A stretch of DNA of 64,000 nt from Longimicrobiales bacterium (GTDB lineage Bacteria; Gemmatimonadota; Gemmatimonadetes; Longimicrobiales; Gaopeijiaceae), in contig OZ250165.1 in NCBI GenBank assembly GCA_965238005.1, forward strand, positions 704,001 to 768,000, given 5' to 3'. Position 1 is the stretch's first letter, and each line of letters starts with the position of its first letter. This document shows positions 1-9,730 of the stretch, in pieces. A program made the translations under genes and the position numbers. Below the pieces are notes generated by a model. It was not told the origin of the DNA. It saw only the letters and a program-made list of their open reading frames with translations, and ran no database searches.

Positions 1-1
1 C

Positions 2-148
2 CGCAACCTCAAGATCGGAGAGCCGGTCGAGGTTCCGCCCCGCGATGTGCCGGTCTTCGGACCCTTGAGGCACCTCCTCCGCCGGGTGGACCGAAGCCAC
101 GGCTCGTCCGTCACGGGGGAGCCCTTGGAGGCCGTCGGCAAGCCGTAG
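2..148 (+). CDS. 3' end of an HU/IHF-like DNA-binding protein (partial at window edge, possibly degenerate)
   Basis: Translates RNLKIGEPVEVPPRDVPVFGPLRHLLRRVD..., resembling the HU/IHF arm motif RNPxTGExxxxPxRxVPxF; stop TAG at 146-148. Confidence 0.55.
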   Translation, partial: RNLKIGEPVEVPPRDVPVFGPLRHLLRRVDRSHGSSVTGEPLEAVGKP

Positions 149-188
149 CCCGCCCGCCACGACCGCGTCGCTGGCCGCGGGTGGAAGC

Positions 189-295
189 GCTGGCTCATGC
201 CCCTTAAGGTGCGTAAGCCAGCCTACCCTTTGGGGCCACGCTTCGCGGGTCCCCGGCAGGGGCTGGCGAGGGACTCCGCCCCTTCGATCCCCCCT
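189..295 (-). repeat. Structured non-coding module type 1, copy 1 (inverted relative to the other copies)
   Basis: GCTGGCTCATGC-N10-GCGTAAGCCAGC palindrome followed by the reverse complement of TCGAAGGGGCGGAGTCCCTCGCCAGCCCC; homologous to 4572, 35149 and 51953. Confidence 0.85.
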
Positions 296-442
296 TGAGG
301 CCCGCACTCGGGCGGAGGTCACGGGCGGCTGGCTCGCCCGTTCTTGTGTCCTGGCGGCGCGACCTGATGGCCGGTCGCCCGCACTGGGACCGCCGCCACA
401 CGCGTGTCGCCGGTCGGTCGGGGTGGAACTTCCCAATCAGCG

Positions 443-841
443 TCAGTCGGCGCGGTGAATTGACCTCGCCAGTTTGGCGGGGTAGTCCTCGCGCTTCCCC
501 GTATCGCCAGTCTGAATGACGAAGTCACGCCGGTCGTGATACAGGCGCGCTCGGTTCAGCACGTAGTCCTGCCCGTCGTCGAGGTTGACCGTGTCCCAGT
601 GAGTCATGAGCCAGTACTTGTAGTCGCCGATGAACAGATAGGTGTTCGGCCTGCCGAAGAAAGTGCCGGCGACGCCCTCCCCGGCCCGGAAGCGGGCAAC
701 AACCAGCTCAACCAACTCATGCTGGCCGTCCTTGCGGCTGAGGACGTATTAGTGGGGCCACGTGTCCCGGTAGGTGACGGCTTCCCGCCACGGCGCGCGG
801 TCGATCAACTCAGTGATCTTCAGGTTTTCCAGAATTCTCAC
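443..841 (-). pseudogene. Hypothetical protein with an in-frame stop
   Basis: GTG at 841 after GGAAGGA; reads ...TYRDTWPH*YVLSRK...; TAA at 749-751 interrupts a frame that is otherwise open to 443. Confidence 0.6.
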
Positions 842-914
842 CGTCCTTCCGCTCAGCAAAGCGAGCCTCGCCGGCCTTGCCGCACTGGGACAGCCCTTCT
901 GGTGCCCAGCCGTG

Positions 915-2666
915 CTAATCCGGTTTCTCCGTGCTGGCGGAAACGAGTCGGTGGCGCAGCTTCTTCAGGATACGGGTTCGGCGCGTCTCGTAGAAGTCCA
1001 GGAAACCCGTGAGTTCGGTTGGAACGTCGCCCAGATCGTGCAGGTCGCAGTGATTCCGCCGCCTTTCTTCCTCGGAGTACTGTGCGAGTAACCAGTCGGC
1101 AGGCGGCTTGGCACCCTTGCTCGTATTCGTCGATCCTTCGAGGAGCTGAAGGTTGGCTAGGCGGTTCATCCGATCGCGATACTCGGGGATCTTTTCCTCG
1201 TGGACGCCGGCCTTCTTCAGGCGCGCCGGGGTCATCAGCGCGCGCGGGAAGACATGGTCGATGTGGAAGCGGTTCGTGGCTACGTCGACGAAATCGTACA
1301 GGAGGAACAGGAGGCTGTAGGCCCTTCCATCGTACGCGGCGTCGGCCAAGTCCTGGAGTTCCTCGCCGTCGAAGGTCAGGCTCTTGCGGAGCGCATGCAT
1401 CGCCGCCTCGATCGCGCGAGCCGGGAAGCCGTCATGGCAGGAACTCTCCCGGATCCCCTTGCGGATCGCCACCAGCAGGTTATCGGCGGCGCTGCTCCAG
1501 ATCCCGTGTTTGAGCAGCGAGCGAATCAACCAGTCACGAATCGCCTCGCGGTCCTTGGCGCCTAACGACGACTGACGGTGATGGAGGAAGTAGGCGATCG
1601 GCAACAGGGCGTTTGCCGATGTCAGGCTCTGTCCAGAGTAGCCGAACGAGGATGCGAGCTCCACCGTTTCTGTGATCGTGCTTCTGATGCGATCCCATTG
1701 ATCCTGCAGGGTGCCGATCTTCGATCTTCTGAAGTTCTCGACCTTGAATCGGATGCTCTTGCTGTCGCCGAGCATCAGGCAGGCCTTGAGCACGAAGTCG
1801 TGGTTGAATGAGAAGCCCCTGCCGATGTTGTTGATCTCGTCAACTAGAGCGTGGATCTCCTGCCGCGCGTCGACCTTATCCCATTGGGCCACCGCCATGC
1901 TGAGGAGCATGTCCGAGTAGGAGAGCGGGGTGCCGCCGCTGTTGGTACGAACGAAGATGTTGAGAACCCGTTCCGGGTTCTGGTTCGCCTCTTCGTAGGC
2001 CGAGACGATGCCGTCGCTGTGAACGACGCGGTGAAGCTGGTTGAGCGTCTTCTGAGGCTCGCGTGTATCCGCGAGCCGTAGGTCATGGACGACGTCGATC
2101 AGGTCCGCGGCATCCTCAACGTCGAGGATGCCTCCCACGCGGTACCAGTGTTCGTGGGCGTTCCGGCGGTTCCGGTCTCCGGCCTCCTTCTCCGGGAGAA
2201 GGCTGAACTTGTACGAGAGTTCCTCTTCGTCCTCCATCCGGGGCGCGAGGAGATCGAGGTAGAGCCGTCGTTCCGGAAAGGCGTGTGGGTTGTTCCACCA
2301 CAGGCGGGGAAGTTTCCATCTACCGCTGCCGTGGAGCCCGACATTCAGCGCCGTGAGGCGTTGTTGTCCGTCGAGCACCGCCTTCAAGCCGGGCACGGTG
2401 GCAGGCGCACCGTGGACGGGATTGTGGGGCTTCCGTTGATCGTAGTTCGTGATGAACTGGTAGAAGCTGTAATTCTTGGCAGTTTCAGGATCGACTCGCC
2501 AGAACAGGAAGGATCCGATCGGATAGCCGCGCATGAGGCTGTCGAAGAGCCGCTCGATCTGCTGCGGCTGCCACACCAACTCCCGTTGAATGGCCGGAAG
2601 CAGGTAACGGTTGTTGTGAATGTGGTCGATCGCCTCCTTGATCGTGATCGGCGTCTGAAATGCCAT
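915..2666 (-). CDS. GmrSD-like type IV restriction protein (DUF262 plus HNH/DUF1524)
   Basis: PAIQRELVW, LDGQQRLTAL and FVRTNSGG motifs; C-terminal HIDHVFP...NLQLL...N; GGAGG RBS. Confidence 0.9.
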   Translation of the reverse strand: MAFQTPITIKEAIDHIHNNRYLLPAIQRELVWQPQQIERLFDSLMRGYPIGSFLFWRVDPETAKNYSFYQFITNYDQRKPHNPVHGAPATVPGLKAVLDGQQRLTALNVGLHGSGRWKLPRLWWNNPHAFPERRLYLDLLAPRMEDEEELSYKFSLLPEKEAGDRNRRNAHEHWYRVGGILDVEDAADLIDVVHDLRLADTREPQKTLNQLHRVVHSDGIVSAYEEANQNPERVLNIFVRTNSGGTPLSYSDMLLSMAVAQWDKVDARQEIHALVDEINNIGRGFSFNHDFVLKACLMLGDSKSIRFKVENFRRSKIGTLQDQWDRIRSTITETVELASSFGYSGQSLTSANALLPIAYFLHHRQSSLGAKDREAIRDWLIRSLLKHGIWSSAADNLLVAIRKGIRESSCHDGFPARAIEAAMHALRKSLTFDGEELQDLADAAYDGRAYSLLFLLYDFVDVATNRFHIDHVFPRALMTPARLKKAGVHEEKIPEYRDRMNRLANLQLLEGSTNTSKGAKPPADWLLAQYSEEERRRNHCDLHDLGDVPTELTGFLDFYETRRTRILKKLRHRLVSASTEKPD

Positions 2667-2686
2667 GGTTCCGCCCTCCTAAGGGT

Positions 2687-3058
2687 TTAGGGGCAAGACG
2701 TGTGTGAACGTTGTGGGCAGGTCCCATTCGCTGCCGTAGGAGGAGTCGCGCGGCAGTTGTGTCGCTTCTCAACCCACCTCTGAGCGCGATCCGAAGTTGC
2801 CGGAAATGTCGCGGGCATAGAAATCCGCGCCGCCGTTCTACCGGAACGTGGCATTCGGAATCCTCGCACAACCCACGCCACACCTAGACCAGCTGCATAA
2901 ACGATCAGCCCAAAGATTACCCAACCAAACGCTGTATAGCTGGCAGCAGTGGGGTCCTCATTCAACCACACCAACCACACAAGGGGAACGCCCCCGAGCA
3001 CGCCCAATAGAATCCACAATCTCTGCCAGCCGTTCATACCGCCGTTCTCCTTGTCCAT
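2687..3058 (-). CDS. Hypothetical membrane protein
   Basis: Two hydrophobic segments in the N-terminal 65 aa; the C-terminus looks like read-through. Confidence 0.45.
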   Translation of the reverse strand: MDKENGGMNGWQRLWILLGVLGGVPLVWLVWLNEDPTAASYTAFGWVIFGLIVYAAGLGVAWVVRGFRMPRSGRTAARISMPATFPATSDRAQRWVEKRHNCRATPPTAANGTCPQRSHTSCP

Positions 3059-3324
3059 CCCCCCCTTCCACGGGCCTCAACGGACTCCGCGTAAGGGGGA
3101 TCGGGGGAGCTAGAGCACTCCGGCTCGCTCGGAGCCTCCAAGGGCCCCGCCTCGCTCGCTCCAGGGCCTCCCGTGTCCTAAAAAAAACTCTCCGGGAAAA
3201 ATCCCAGAGAAGGCGTATCCGACAGAACCGTACAACCCTCGCGGTCCTTCCACAGGTGCGCCCCAGCGTTTGCCCCCCTATCCCCTCCAGGGCCTCACGC
3301 ACGGCCTCGGGGTCCAACCCCGGC

Positions 3325-3577
3325 TCAACAGTAGCCCTCGTTCACCCGCAGGTACTCCAGGATGAACAGGTCCAGGTCCTCGGACAAGGCCTGCATGATG
3401 AAGCCCGCATCACCGCCGTGTTGGCCTAAGGTCTCGCCCCTCTCCCACGTAGTGGCCCCTCGCTCCAGTCCGCTCAGGTAGTAGTCGTAGGCCAGCTTCG
3501 CGAAGCTCCTGGCCCGTGAGCGGCGCGGCGAGAGCTAGACTCGCCAAAGCGAGCCGGTAGCCCGGATTCCGGCTCAT
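3325..3577 (-). pseudogene. Secreted hypothetical protein, internally deleted or frameshifted
   Basis: Signal-peptide-like MSRNPGYRLALASLALAAPLTGQE, then in another frame ...GQHGGDAGFIMQALSEDLDLFILEYLRVNEGYC*. Confidence 0.5.
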
Positions 3578-3755
3578 GCCTGCCTCCGTTGCCGGGCCTG
3601 CGGCTTGCCTCCAGGGGCCATCCTCTCCCGTTAGAGAGACGTGGAGCACCCGTTACGCGAACTTTTACCGACCGCTGGTGGCGCGGCTGCGTCGGTCAGG
3701 AAGCGGCTGAGAAGTGGGCTTGACACCTAGAGCCCAGTTCACTCTTCTGCACAAC

Positions 3756-4217
3756 ATGAAGACCTCACCGTGGCTGATCGTGACCGTCGCGGCCGTCCTC
3801 GCTGGATGCGGTGACCTGGGAAGTCCCGTTGCGCCGTTCCCGATATACCCGCAAGTCGCAGGCATATACACCGGCCCCGCGACGATCACCGCCCACACAA
3901 CGGGGTTGACACTCACAGGGTTCGGGCGGGCCATTGTCTTTCAGTCCCGCAACGAGGTTACGATCCACGGATCGTTTACGTTCGGGGGGGTGGAATCTGT
4001 GCGGCCAGCCGCCACTGGAACGATCAACGAAACCGGGTTCTTTACGCTCATCGCGAGCGGGGCCGTGCCTGGTCCTCCCACAGTGTCGGGCCAATGTGGG
4101 ATCCTCACGCTCACCAGCCAATCCCTCCACTTCGCGGGACACACCCTTACCTTTCAGGAGGGCCACCAGACCACGTTTTGCGGGCCCGTGGCCCTGGTAG
4201 CCACCCTTACCCGCTAG
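3756..4217 (+). CDS. Putative lipoprotein
   Basis: MKTSPWLIVTVAAVLAGC lipobox, followed by a Thr/Gly-rich, beta-strand-like mature part. Confidence 0.7.
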   Translation: MKTSPWLIVTVAAVLAGCGDLGSPVAPFPIYPQVAGIYTGPATITAHTTGLTLTGFGRAIVFQSRNEVTIHGSFTFGGVESVRPAATGTINETGFFTLIASGAVPGPPTVSGQCGILTLTSQSLHFAGHTLTFQEGHQTTFCGPVALVATLTR

Positions 4218-4235
4218 TAACCAGCTCAGGCTGCA

Positions 4236-4375
4236 TCACGAGCCCCCTAGCTCGCATCCTAATACCGCCTTGCGCGCCTCCAGAAGCCCCACGACCTCTT
4301 CCAGCGTCCACATTGTGGTCGGCTTACTCCTGCGGCCATAGCCGGGGTCGTGTGGATGCCGCCACGGGCCTTCGT
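4236..4375 (-). pseudogene. C-terminal remnant of an IS1-family-like transposase
   Basis: KARGGIHTTPAMAAGV (frameshift) MWTLEEVVGLL matches the C-terminus KEAGGIKTTPAKAAGLTDRVWKIEELL of the 41218-42066 transposase. Confidence 0.7.
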
Positions 4376-4571
4376 AAGCGTCTGATGCTTCCGGTGGAAG
4401 TCGTAGTCCCCGTTCCGGGCTCGGGACAGTGATAGCGCGACGTACGCACAGGTACAAGCGGGAGTCTTCTGGAGCCGGCGACGGTGACGGTGCGGCGATC
4501 AGGCATCGGGACGCACCGGAGGAAGGGGGGCGGAGCCCCCGACTGCGCGCTCCGGCGAAGCGTGGTTTTTC

Positions 4572-4666
4572 GGGGGATCGAAGGGGGGCGGAGCCACCCC
4601 TCGCCAGCCCCTTTGTGGGTACAAGGGGTATGCTGGCTCTTGACCCTTAAGGGGTCATGAGCCAGC
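4572..4666 (+). repeat. Structured non-coding module type 1, copy 2
   Basis: TCGAAGGGG..CCCCTCGCCAGCCCC, hairpin CCTTTGTGGGTACAAGGG, then 13-9-13 palindrome GCTGGCTCTTGAC-CCTTAAGGG-GTCATGAGCCAGC (4632-4666). Confidence 0.9.
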
Positions 4667-4724
4667 CGTGGATCGGCCTCGGATCGGGCCTCAATGGATC
4701 GCCCCCCGGCGGCTGGGAACCGGC

Positions 4725-5885
4725 CTACGCGTGTCGACGCTCGCCAGCCAGGTAGCCCGCCCACTGCTCCATCAGGATGCGGCGGCGCTCGAACAGGTCG
4801 GAGCGGGCGTAGGCGGCCTCCACCCTGTTGCGGACCGCGTGGGCCAGCGCCGCCTCCATGACCGCGTGCGGCGCGTCGGTGCGCTCCGCCGTCCAGTCCC
4901 GGAAGCTGGACCGGAAGCCGTGCGGCACGGCCGCGATCCCGAGCGCCTTGAGCAGGCCCGCGAACTCGAAGCTCGGCAGCACCAGCCCCCGCGCGGACGG
5001 GAACACCCACTCCGAACGAGGCGCGTGCGCCTTCGCCTCGGCCAGGATCTCCCGCGCCCGCGCCGACAGCGGCACCCGGTGCTCCCGCCGGCTCTTCATC
5101 CGCTCCGCCGGGATCGTCCACACTCCGCCCTCCAGGTCGACCTCCTCCCAGCGAGCCCCACGCACCTCGCCCGACCGGCAGGCCGTCAGCACCAGAAACT
5201 CGAAGCCCAGCTGCACCGTCACCCTTGCCTCGGATCGCTGGATCGCGTCAATCGCCCCGGCCACTTCCCGGTAGGGCAGCGCCTTGTAGTGCTTCTGGAC
5301 GCGCGGAGGCCTCGGCAGCGCGGCGCCGATCGCATCGCCCGCGGGGTTGTCCACGCGGTAGCCCTGCGCGATCGCCCACCGCATCACCGTCGAAATCCGC
5401 TGACGGACCCGCTTGGCCGTCTGGTGCTTCCCGTTCCAGACCGGAAGCAGCACCCCCATGACGTCGGCGGACGCGATCCGGTCCACCCGCTTCCCCCCGA
5501 TCCCGGGAAACGCATAGGTGCGCAGCGTCGCCATCCACTGGCCCGCGTGCCTGTCGGTCCAGGTCGGACGGTGCATGGCGAAGACCTTGGCCGCCGCCCG
5601 CTCGAACGTCGGCACTGAACTGTGCCGCTTCGTCCTCGGATCGCCGCCCGCGCGGGCCACCTTGCGGTTGGCCAGCGCCGTGTCCCGCGCCTCGGCCAGC
5701 GTCACGAGGCGGACCGAACCGAGCCCCAACTCCCTGCGCTTGCCGTGAATGAACAGCCGCTGGCTCCACTGCTTGTAGCCGGACGGCTTGACCCGTAGCA
5801 CGAGGCCGTGCTCGTCCCAATACAGCCCCGGTTCCCGGACGCTCCGCACGAAGGCGGCAGTGAGTTTCTTGGCGTGTCTGCCCAT
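4725..5885 (-). CDS. P4-type tyrosine integrase (int1) with arm-binding domain
   Basis: N-terminal KLTAAFV..GLxLRV..RRELGLG; catalytic motifs RSGEVR, HGFRSSFRDW, LAH, AAY all intact. Confidence 0.95.
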   Translation of the reverse strand: MGRHAKKLTAAFVRSVREPGLYWDEHGLVLRVKPSGYKQWSQRLFIHGKRRELGLGSVRLVTLAEARDTALANRKVARAGGDPRTKRHSSVPTFERAAAKVFAMHRPTWTDRHAGQWMATLRTYAFPGIGGKRVDRIASADVMGVLLPVWNGKHQTAKRVRQRISTVMRWAIAQGYRVDNPAGDAIGAALPRPPRVQKHYKALPYREVAGAIDAIQRSEARVTVQLGFEFLVLTACRSGEVRGARWEEVDLEGGVWTIPAERMKSRREHRVPLSARAREILAEAKAHAPRSEWVFPSARGLVLPSFEFAGLLKALGIAAVPHGFRSSFRDWTAERTDAPHAVMEAALAHAVRNRVEAAYARSDLFERRRILMEQWAGYLAGERRHA

Positions 5886-6045
5886 CTGGTCACCCTTTTG
5901 CGATCACCCCGTGGATCACCCTTTAGGTCTTGGAATATAGCGGCCTTCCTGAGATGGCAATATAACATAAGTATATCCCCTACAACAACTTCACTTGTCT
6001 TATGGGACTTCCTGGAACCTAGATGGACAGTGCGTAGAAGGAGTA
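5886..6045. other. att-like end of the int1 element
   Basis: Three TCACCC direct repeats (5890, 5904, 5916), an AT-rich stretch, then an abrupt join to virD4 coding sequence at ~6041. Confidence 0.7.
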
Positions 6046-6577
6046 CCAGGCGTTCGCGACCGTCGGCCAGGACGATCCCTCGGGCGACGAGAAGGCGTTC
6101 GCGCTCACGCGGCAGTGCCGCTGCGTCCCGATCGTCGCCACGCAGTCGATCTCCTCGCTCCGCTCCGTGCTGCCCGGAGGCGAGGCCTGGCGCACGCTCC
6201 TCCAGACGCTCCGCACCCGGATCTTCCTGTCGCTGTCCGACGAGTCGTCGGCCCGGATCGCGTCCGAGATGTGCGGCAGCGTCATGAAGACGCAGCCCTC
6301 CTACACGTTCACCGAGACCACGGGCAGGCCCGAGTTCTCGCTCTTGTCCGGGCGAGCCGGCGGGGGCCGCGGCACGATCGGCGCGAGCAAGTCGTTCCGG
6401 CAGCAGAGGGAGCCCGTGTTCACGCCGCGCGAGTTCGCGCTGTTGGCCAACTACCAGGCGATCTGTCTGCCCTACGACGGCACGAAGTCGCTCCCTGCCC
6501 GGCGCGTCTACCTGAAACCCCACTACCTGCCGAGGGACGTGGGCTACTGGCGGCTCCGCGAGGAGGGCCGGATATGA
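6041..6577 (+). pseudogene. virD4: 3' fragment of type IV coupling protein (VirD4/TraD-like)
   Basis: EYQAFATVGQDDPSGDEKAFALTRQCRCVPIVATQSISSL (Walker B remnant plus ATQS motif); no start; overlaps the virB11 start. Confidence 0.8.
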
Positions 6578-7581
6578 AGCGCGCAAGCGGGATCGCGCAC
6601 CTGAAGCCGTTCCTTCCGGGCCTGGAGACGCTCCTCGAGGACCCGGAGGTCTCCGAGATCATGATCAACGGACCCGGCAACGTCTGGATCGAGCGAGGCG
6701 GCCGACTCGAGCCCCACGAGGCGCCGGGACTCACCGCCGCCTGGCTCCACCGCGCCGCGATCCACATCGCGCGGCCGCTCGGCCTCGATCCCGCCGCCAG
6801 ACCCATCCTCGATGCCCGTCTCGATGACGGCTCAAGGGTCGCCATCTGCACGCCGCCCGCGAGTCCCGAGGTCGCCATCACCATACGCCGGTTCGGGGGC
6901 CGCGCGTTCTCGGCTCAGGACCTGGTGCGCATGGGCTCGCTGCCGGAGACGGTCCTCGGGGCCGCCCGGTCGGCCCTCTTGGCCCGCAGGAACATCCTGG
7001 TCTCCGGAGGCACGGGCTCGGGCAAGACGACGCTCCTCAACGCGCTGATCGAGTTGCTGCCCGAAGACGAGCGGATCGTCGCCATCGAGGACACGCTCGA
7101 ACTCAGGATCGAGCGCGCCAACTGCCTCCGCTTCGAGGCCGGCGCTGTCGGCACCGAGACCCCCGTCTCGATCCGCGACCTGGTGCGGCACGCGCTGCGC
7201 CACCGGCCCGACCACATCGTCGTCGGCGAGGTCAGGGGCGGCGAGGCCGCCGATCTGCTCCAGGCGCTCAAGACCGGCCACGGCGGCTCGCTCACCACCG
7301 TCCACGCGAACAACGCCCGCTCCGCGCTCTCGCGCCTCGCGAGCTGCGCCATGCAGGCCGAAGGCGCGCTTCCCTGGGAGGTCACCTGCCGGGGCGTCGT
7401 GGACGGGATCGCACTTGTGCTGCACACGGCCCGGCAACGGGGCAGGCGGTTCGTCGAGGAGGCGCTCGAAGTGCGCGGCTACGACGCGGCCAAGGGCCGC
7501 TGGATCGCCGAACCGATCCGGAGCGGGGCCGACGAAGCCCCGCAAGAACAGCACCCACACACCAAGGAGGTGAACCCATGA
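6574..7581 (+). CDS. virB11: VirB11/CpaF-like secretion ATPase
   Basis: EIMING, GGTGSGKTT, IEDTLEL, LRHRPDHIVVGEVRG, TGHGGSLTTVHA. Confidence 0.9.
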   Translation: MKRASGIAHLKPFLPGLETLLEDPEVSEIMINGPGNVWIERGGRLEPHEAPGLTAAWLHRAAIHIARPLGLDPAARPILDARLDDGSRVAICTPPASPEVAITIRRFGGRAFSAQDLVRMGSLPETVLGAARSALLARRNILVSGGTGSGKTTLLNALIELLPEDERIVAIEDTLELRIERANCLRFEAGAVGTETPVSIRDLVRHALRHRPDHIVVGEVRGGEAADLLQALKTGHGGSLTTVHANNARSALSRLASCAMQAEGALPWEVTCRGVVDGIALVLHTARQRGRRFVEEALEVRGYDAAKGRWIAEPIRSGADEAPQEQHPHTKEVNP

Positions 7582-7778
7582 AAGGCGACGAGAACATCGT
7601 TCGCGTCGAGACGCTCGATGACTTCGACCGGGAACTCGCGCGCGATGGAGGCGAGGCCCTCGAGGTGCCGGCCTCGCTGGCCGAAGAGTACGGCCTCTTC
7701 TCCGAGGACGTGGGCAGCGAGGACGAGATCCGCGACGCCGGAGAGGATCCGCACGGCCCCGAGGAGGAAGAGCTATGA
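7578..7778 (+). CDS. Small, highly acidic protein (66 aa)
   Basis: AGGAGG RBS; ATGA overlaps with both neighbours; 24 D/E versus 5 K/R. Confidence 0.75.
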   Translation: MKGDENIVRVETLDDFDRELARDGGEALEVPASLAEEYGLFSEDVGSEDEIRDAGEDPHGPEEEEL

Positions 7779-8803
7779 AACACGACGAATACCACCGCCA
7801 GTTCGCCGAGGGGATCATCGAGCAGATCCGCCAGGGCACCGCGCCGTGGCAGAAGCCCTGGGGGCCGGGCGAGCGCGTGCTCCCCTCCAACGTCGATACG
7901 GGCCGCTCCTACAGGGGCGGGAACAGCCTCCATCTCGCCGCCGTGGCCCAGGAGCGCGGCTACGGCGACGTGCGCTGGGGCACCTACCGCCAGATCCAGG
8001 CCCGGGACGGACAGGTCCGCAAGGGCGAGCAGGGCACTCGCATCCTCTCGTTCCAGGACCACCGGAAGATCGCCGTCACCGACGAGCGCGGTCGGCCCAA
8101 GAGGGACAACGAAGGCAAGCGCGTCTACCGCCACGAGCGCCTGCCCACGCCCGTCGTCCGGCAGTACACCGTCTTCAACGCCGAGCAGGCCGACGGGCTG
8201 CCCGCGCGGCCCGCGCCCGCTGCCGAGCCGCTCTGGAAGGCCCACCAGCAGGCCGAACGCGTCCTCGAGGACAGCGGGGTGCCCGTCCGTCACGTGGCGG
8301 GCGACCGGGCGTTCTACAACCTGAACCGCGACGAGATCGTGCTCCCCGAGCGTGGACAGTTCCCCTCCGCGAACCACTACTACCAGACCGCGCTGCACGA
8401 GCTGGGGCACAGCACCGGCCACCCGGAGCGCATGAACCGCGAGACGCTCACCCAAGGGATCTCTGAAGGGTTCGGGTCGCCGGCCTACGCGAAGGAGGAG
8501 CTACGCGCCGAAATCAGTGCCATGATGACGGGCGAGCGCGTGGGCGTCGGCCATGACCCGAGCCGGGGCGCCGCGTACGTCGAGGGCTGGATCGCCGCAC
8601 TCGAGGAGGACCCCCGCGAGATCCGCCGCGCCGCCGCCGACTCGCAGAAGATCTCCGACTTCGTGCTCTCGCGGCACCGCGAGCGCGAGGCCGTGCGCGA
8701 ACCCGCGGCCGTGGCCGCGACCCGCGCGCCCGCGCCGGGGCAGATCGTCCATCCCGTGCCGCCGCTCCCCGTGCCGCAGCGGACCTTCGGACCGCGCCGC
8801 TGA
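7775..8803 (+). CDS. ardC: ArdC-like antirestriction protein (ssDNA-binding plus zincin-like domain)
   Basis: APWQKPW..YRGGN..WGTYRQ..GQVRKGE..YTVFN; LHELGHSTGH..YAKEELRAE. Confidence 0.9.
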   Translation: MKHDEYHRQFAEGIIEQIRQGTAPWQKPWGPGERVLPSNVDTGRSYRGGNSLHLAAVAQERGYGDVRWGTYRQIQARDGQVRKGEQGTRILSFQDHRKIAVTDERGRPKRDNEGKRVYRHERLPTPVVRQYTVFNAEQADGLPARPAPAAEPLWKAHQQAERVLEDSGVPVRHVAGDRAFYNLNRDEIVLPERGQFPSANHYYQTALHELGHSTGHPERMNRETLTQGISEGFGSPAYAKEELRAEISAMMTGERVGVGHDPSRGAAYVEGWIAALEEDPREIRRAAADSQKISDFVLSRHREREAVREPAAVAATRAPAPGQIVHPVPPLPVPQRTFGPRR

Positions 8804-8809
8804 CGGTCG

Positions 8810-9712
8810 GTGAGGAGCCAGAAGATGTTCGACCGCACGGTCGAACCGGACCCGCGGACCGCCGCGCCACCCAGCCGCAATCGCTACCGCATGCGGGACG
8901 GCCACCGCCGAGAATACGCCGCGAGCCGGGACCGCGGGTCCACCTCCTTCCCCGAACGGTGCGCGCGCGGGCTCGCCGACATCGGCGTCTACGGCGCCGT
9001 CTCGTACCGCGATCTCGCCGAGACCCGCTTCGGGGGCCATCCCTACACCACCCGGCGGGCCGTGAACGCCTGGATACGGGACGGGCTCGTCACCGAGACC
9101 ACGGCCACCGGACCCAAGGGCAACCCGTTCAAGGTCCTGACGCTCACCCGCAGCGGCGTGGCCGAAGCTCGGAAGCGGGCCGCCGAACGGGGAATGGATC
9201 CCAGCCAGGAAATCCGGTTCGCACGCACCCGGCCTGCGCAAGCCGCGCACGACACCGCCGTCTACCGCGCCTGCATGAAGGAGAAACAGCGCCTGCTCGA
9301 CCGGGGCGCAGCAGTGCGGCGCATCCGGCTCGACACCGAACTCAAGAGCGCCGTCGCGCGCGGGAGCGAGGCGGCGCGGCTGAAGGACGGCAAGCGGGCC
9401 GCCGATGCCGAACGGCACCGCACCGCCAGCGAACTCGGACTCCCGGTCGACGACGAAGGGCACGTGCTCTACCCGGACGCCCAGATCGAGTACACCGACG
9501 CCGAGGGGCGAACTGGACGCGTCAACATCGAGGTCGCGTCCGGCAACTACCGCGAAGGGGCCATCAAGGCGAAAGCGGCGGCCGGGTTCGCGCTCCACGC
9601 CAACGGACCGGCCGCGGCGCGGCTGCTGCGCACGCTCAGCCTGGGCGGCGGCGGCGACCGCTCCTCGCTGCGGGGACCCGCCGACCGCGATCCGGCCGCA
9701 GTCGAACTCTGA
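8810..9712 (+). CDS. Putative relaxase of the replication-relaxation (Replic_Relax / MOBC-like) type
   Basis: wHTH-like N-terminal half; AHDTAVY; YPDAQIEY...VNIEVASGNY PD-(D/E)xK-like core; located in a conjugation operon; no HUH relaxase seen elsewhere. Confidence 0.6.
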   Translation: MRSQKMFDRTVEPDPRTAAPPSRNRYRMRDGHRREYAASRDRGSTSFPERCARGLADIGVYGAVSYRDLAETRFGGHPYTTRRAVNAWIRDGLVTETTATGPKGNPFKVLTLTRSGVAEARKRAAERGMDPSQEIRFARTRPAQAAHDTAVYRACMKEKQRLLDRGAAVRRIRLDTELKSAVARGSEAARLKDGKRAADAERHRTASELGLPVDDEGHVLYPDAQIEYTDAEGRTGRVNIEVASGNYREGAIKAKAAAGFALHANGPAAARLLRTLSLGGGGDRSSLRGPADRDPAAVEL

Positions 9713-9730
9713 CTACGGGAGAAGCCCGCC

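Noticed and set aside
3175..3290. Phage cos-like G-run motif (GGGGATAGGGGG..GGACCGCG..T-run on the minus strand)
   Set aside because: No HNH, terminase or virion genes nearby; resemblance is too weak.
5995..6573. 528-aa version of VirB11 from the ORF track
   Set aside because: The extension overlaps the virD4 fragment in another frame; the real start is ATG 6574.
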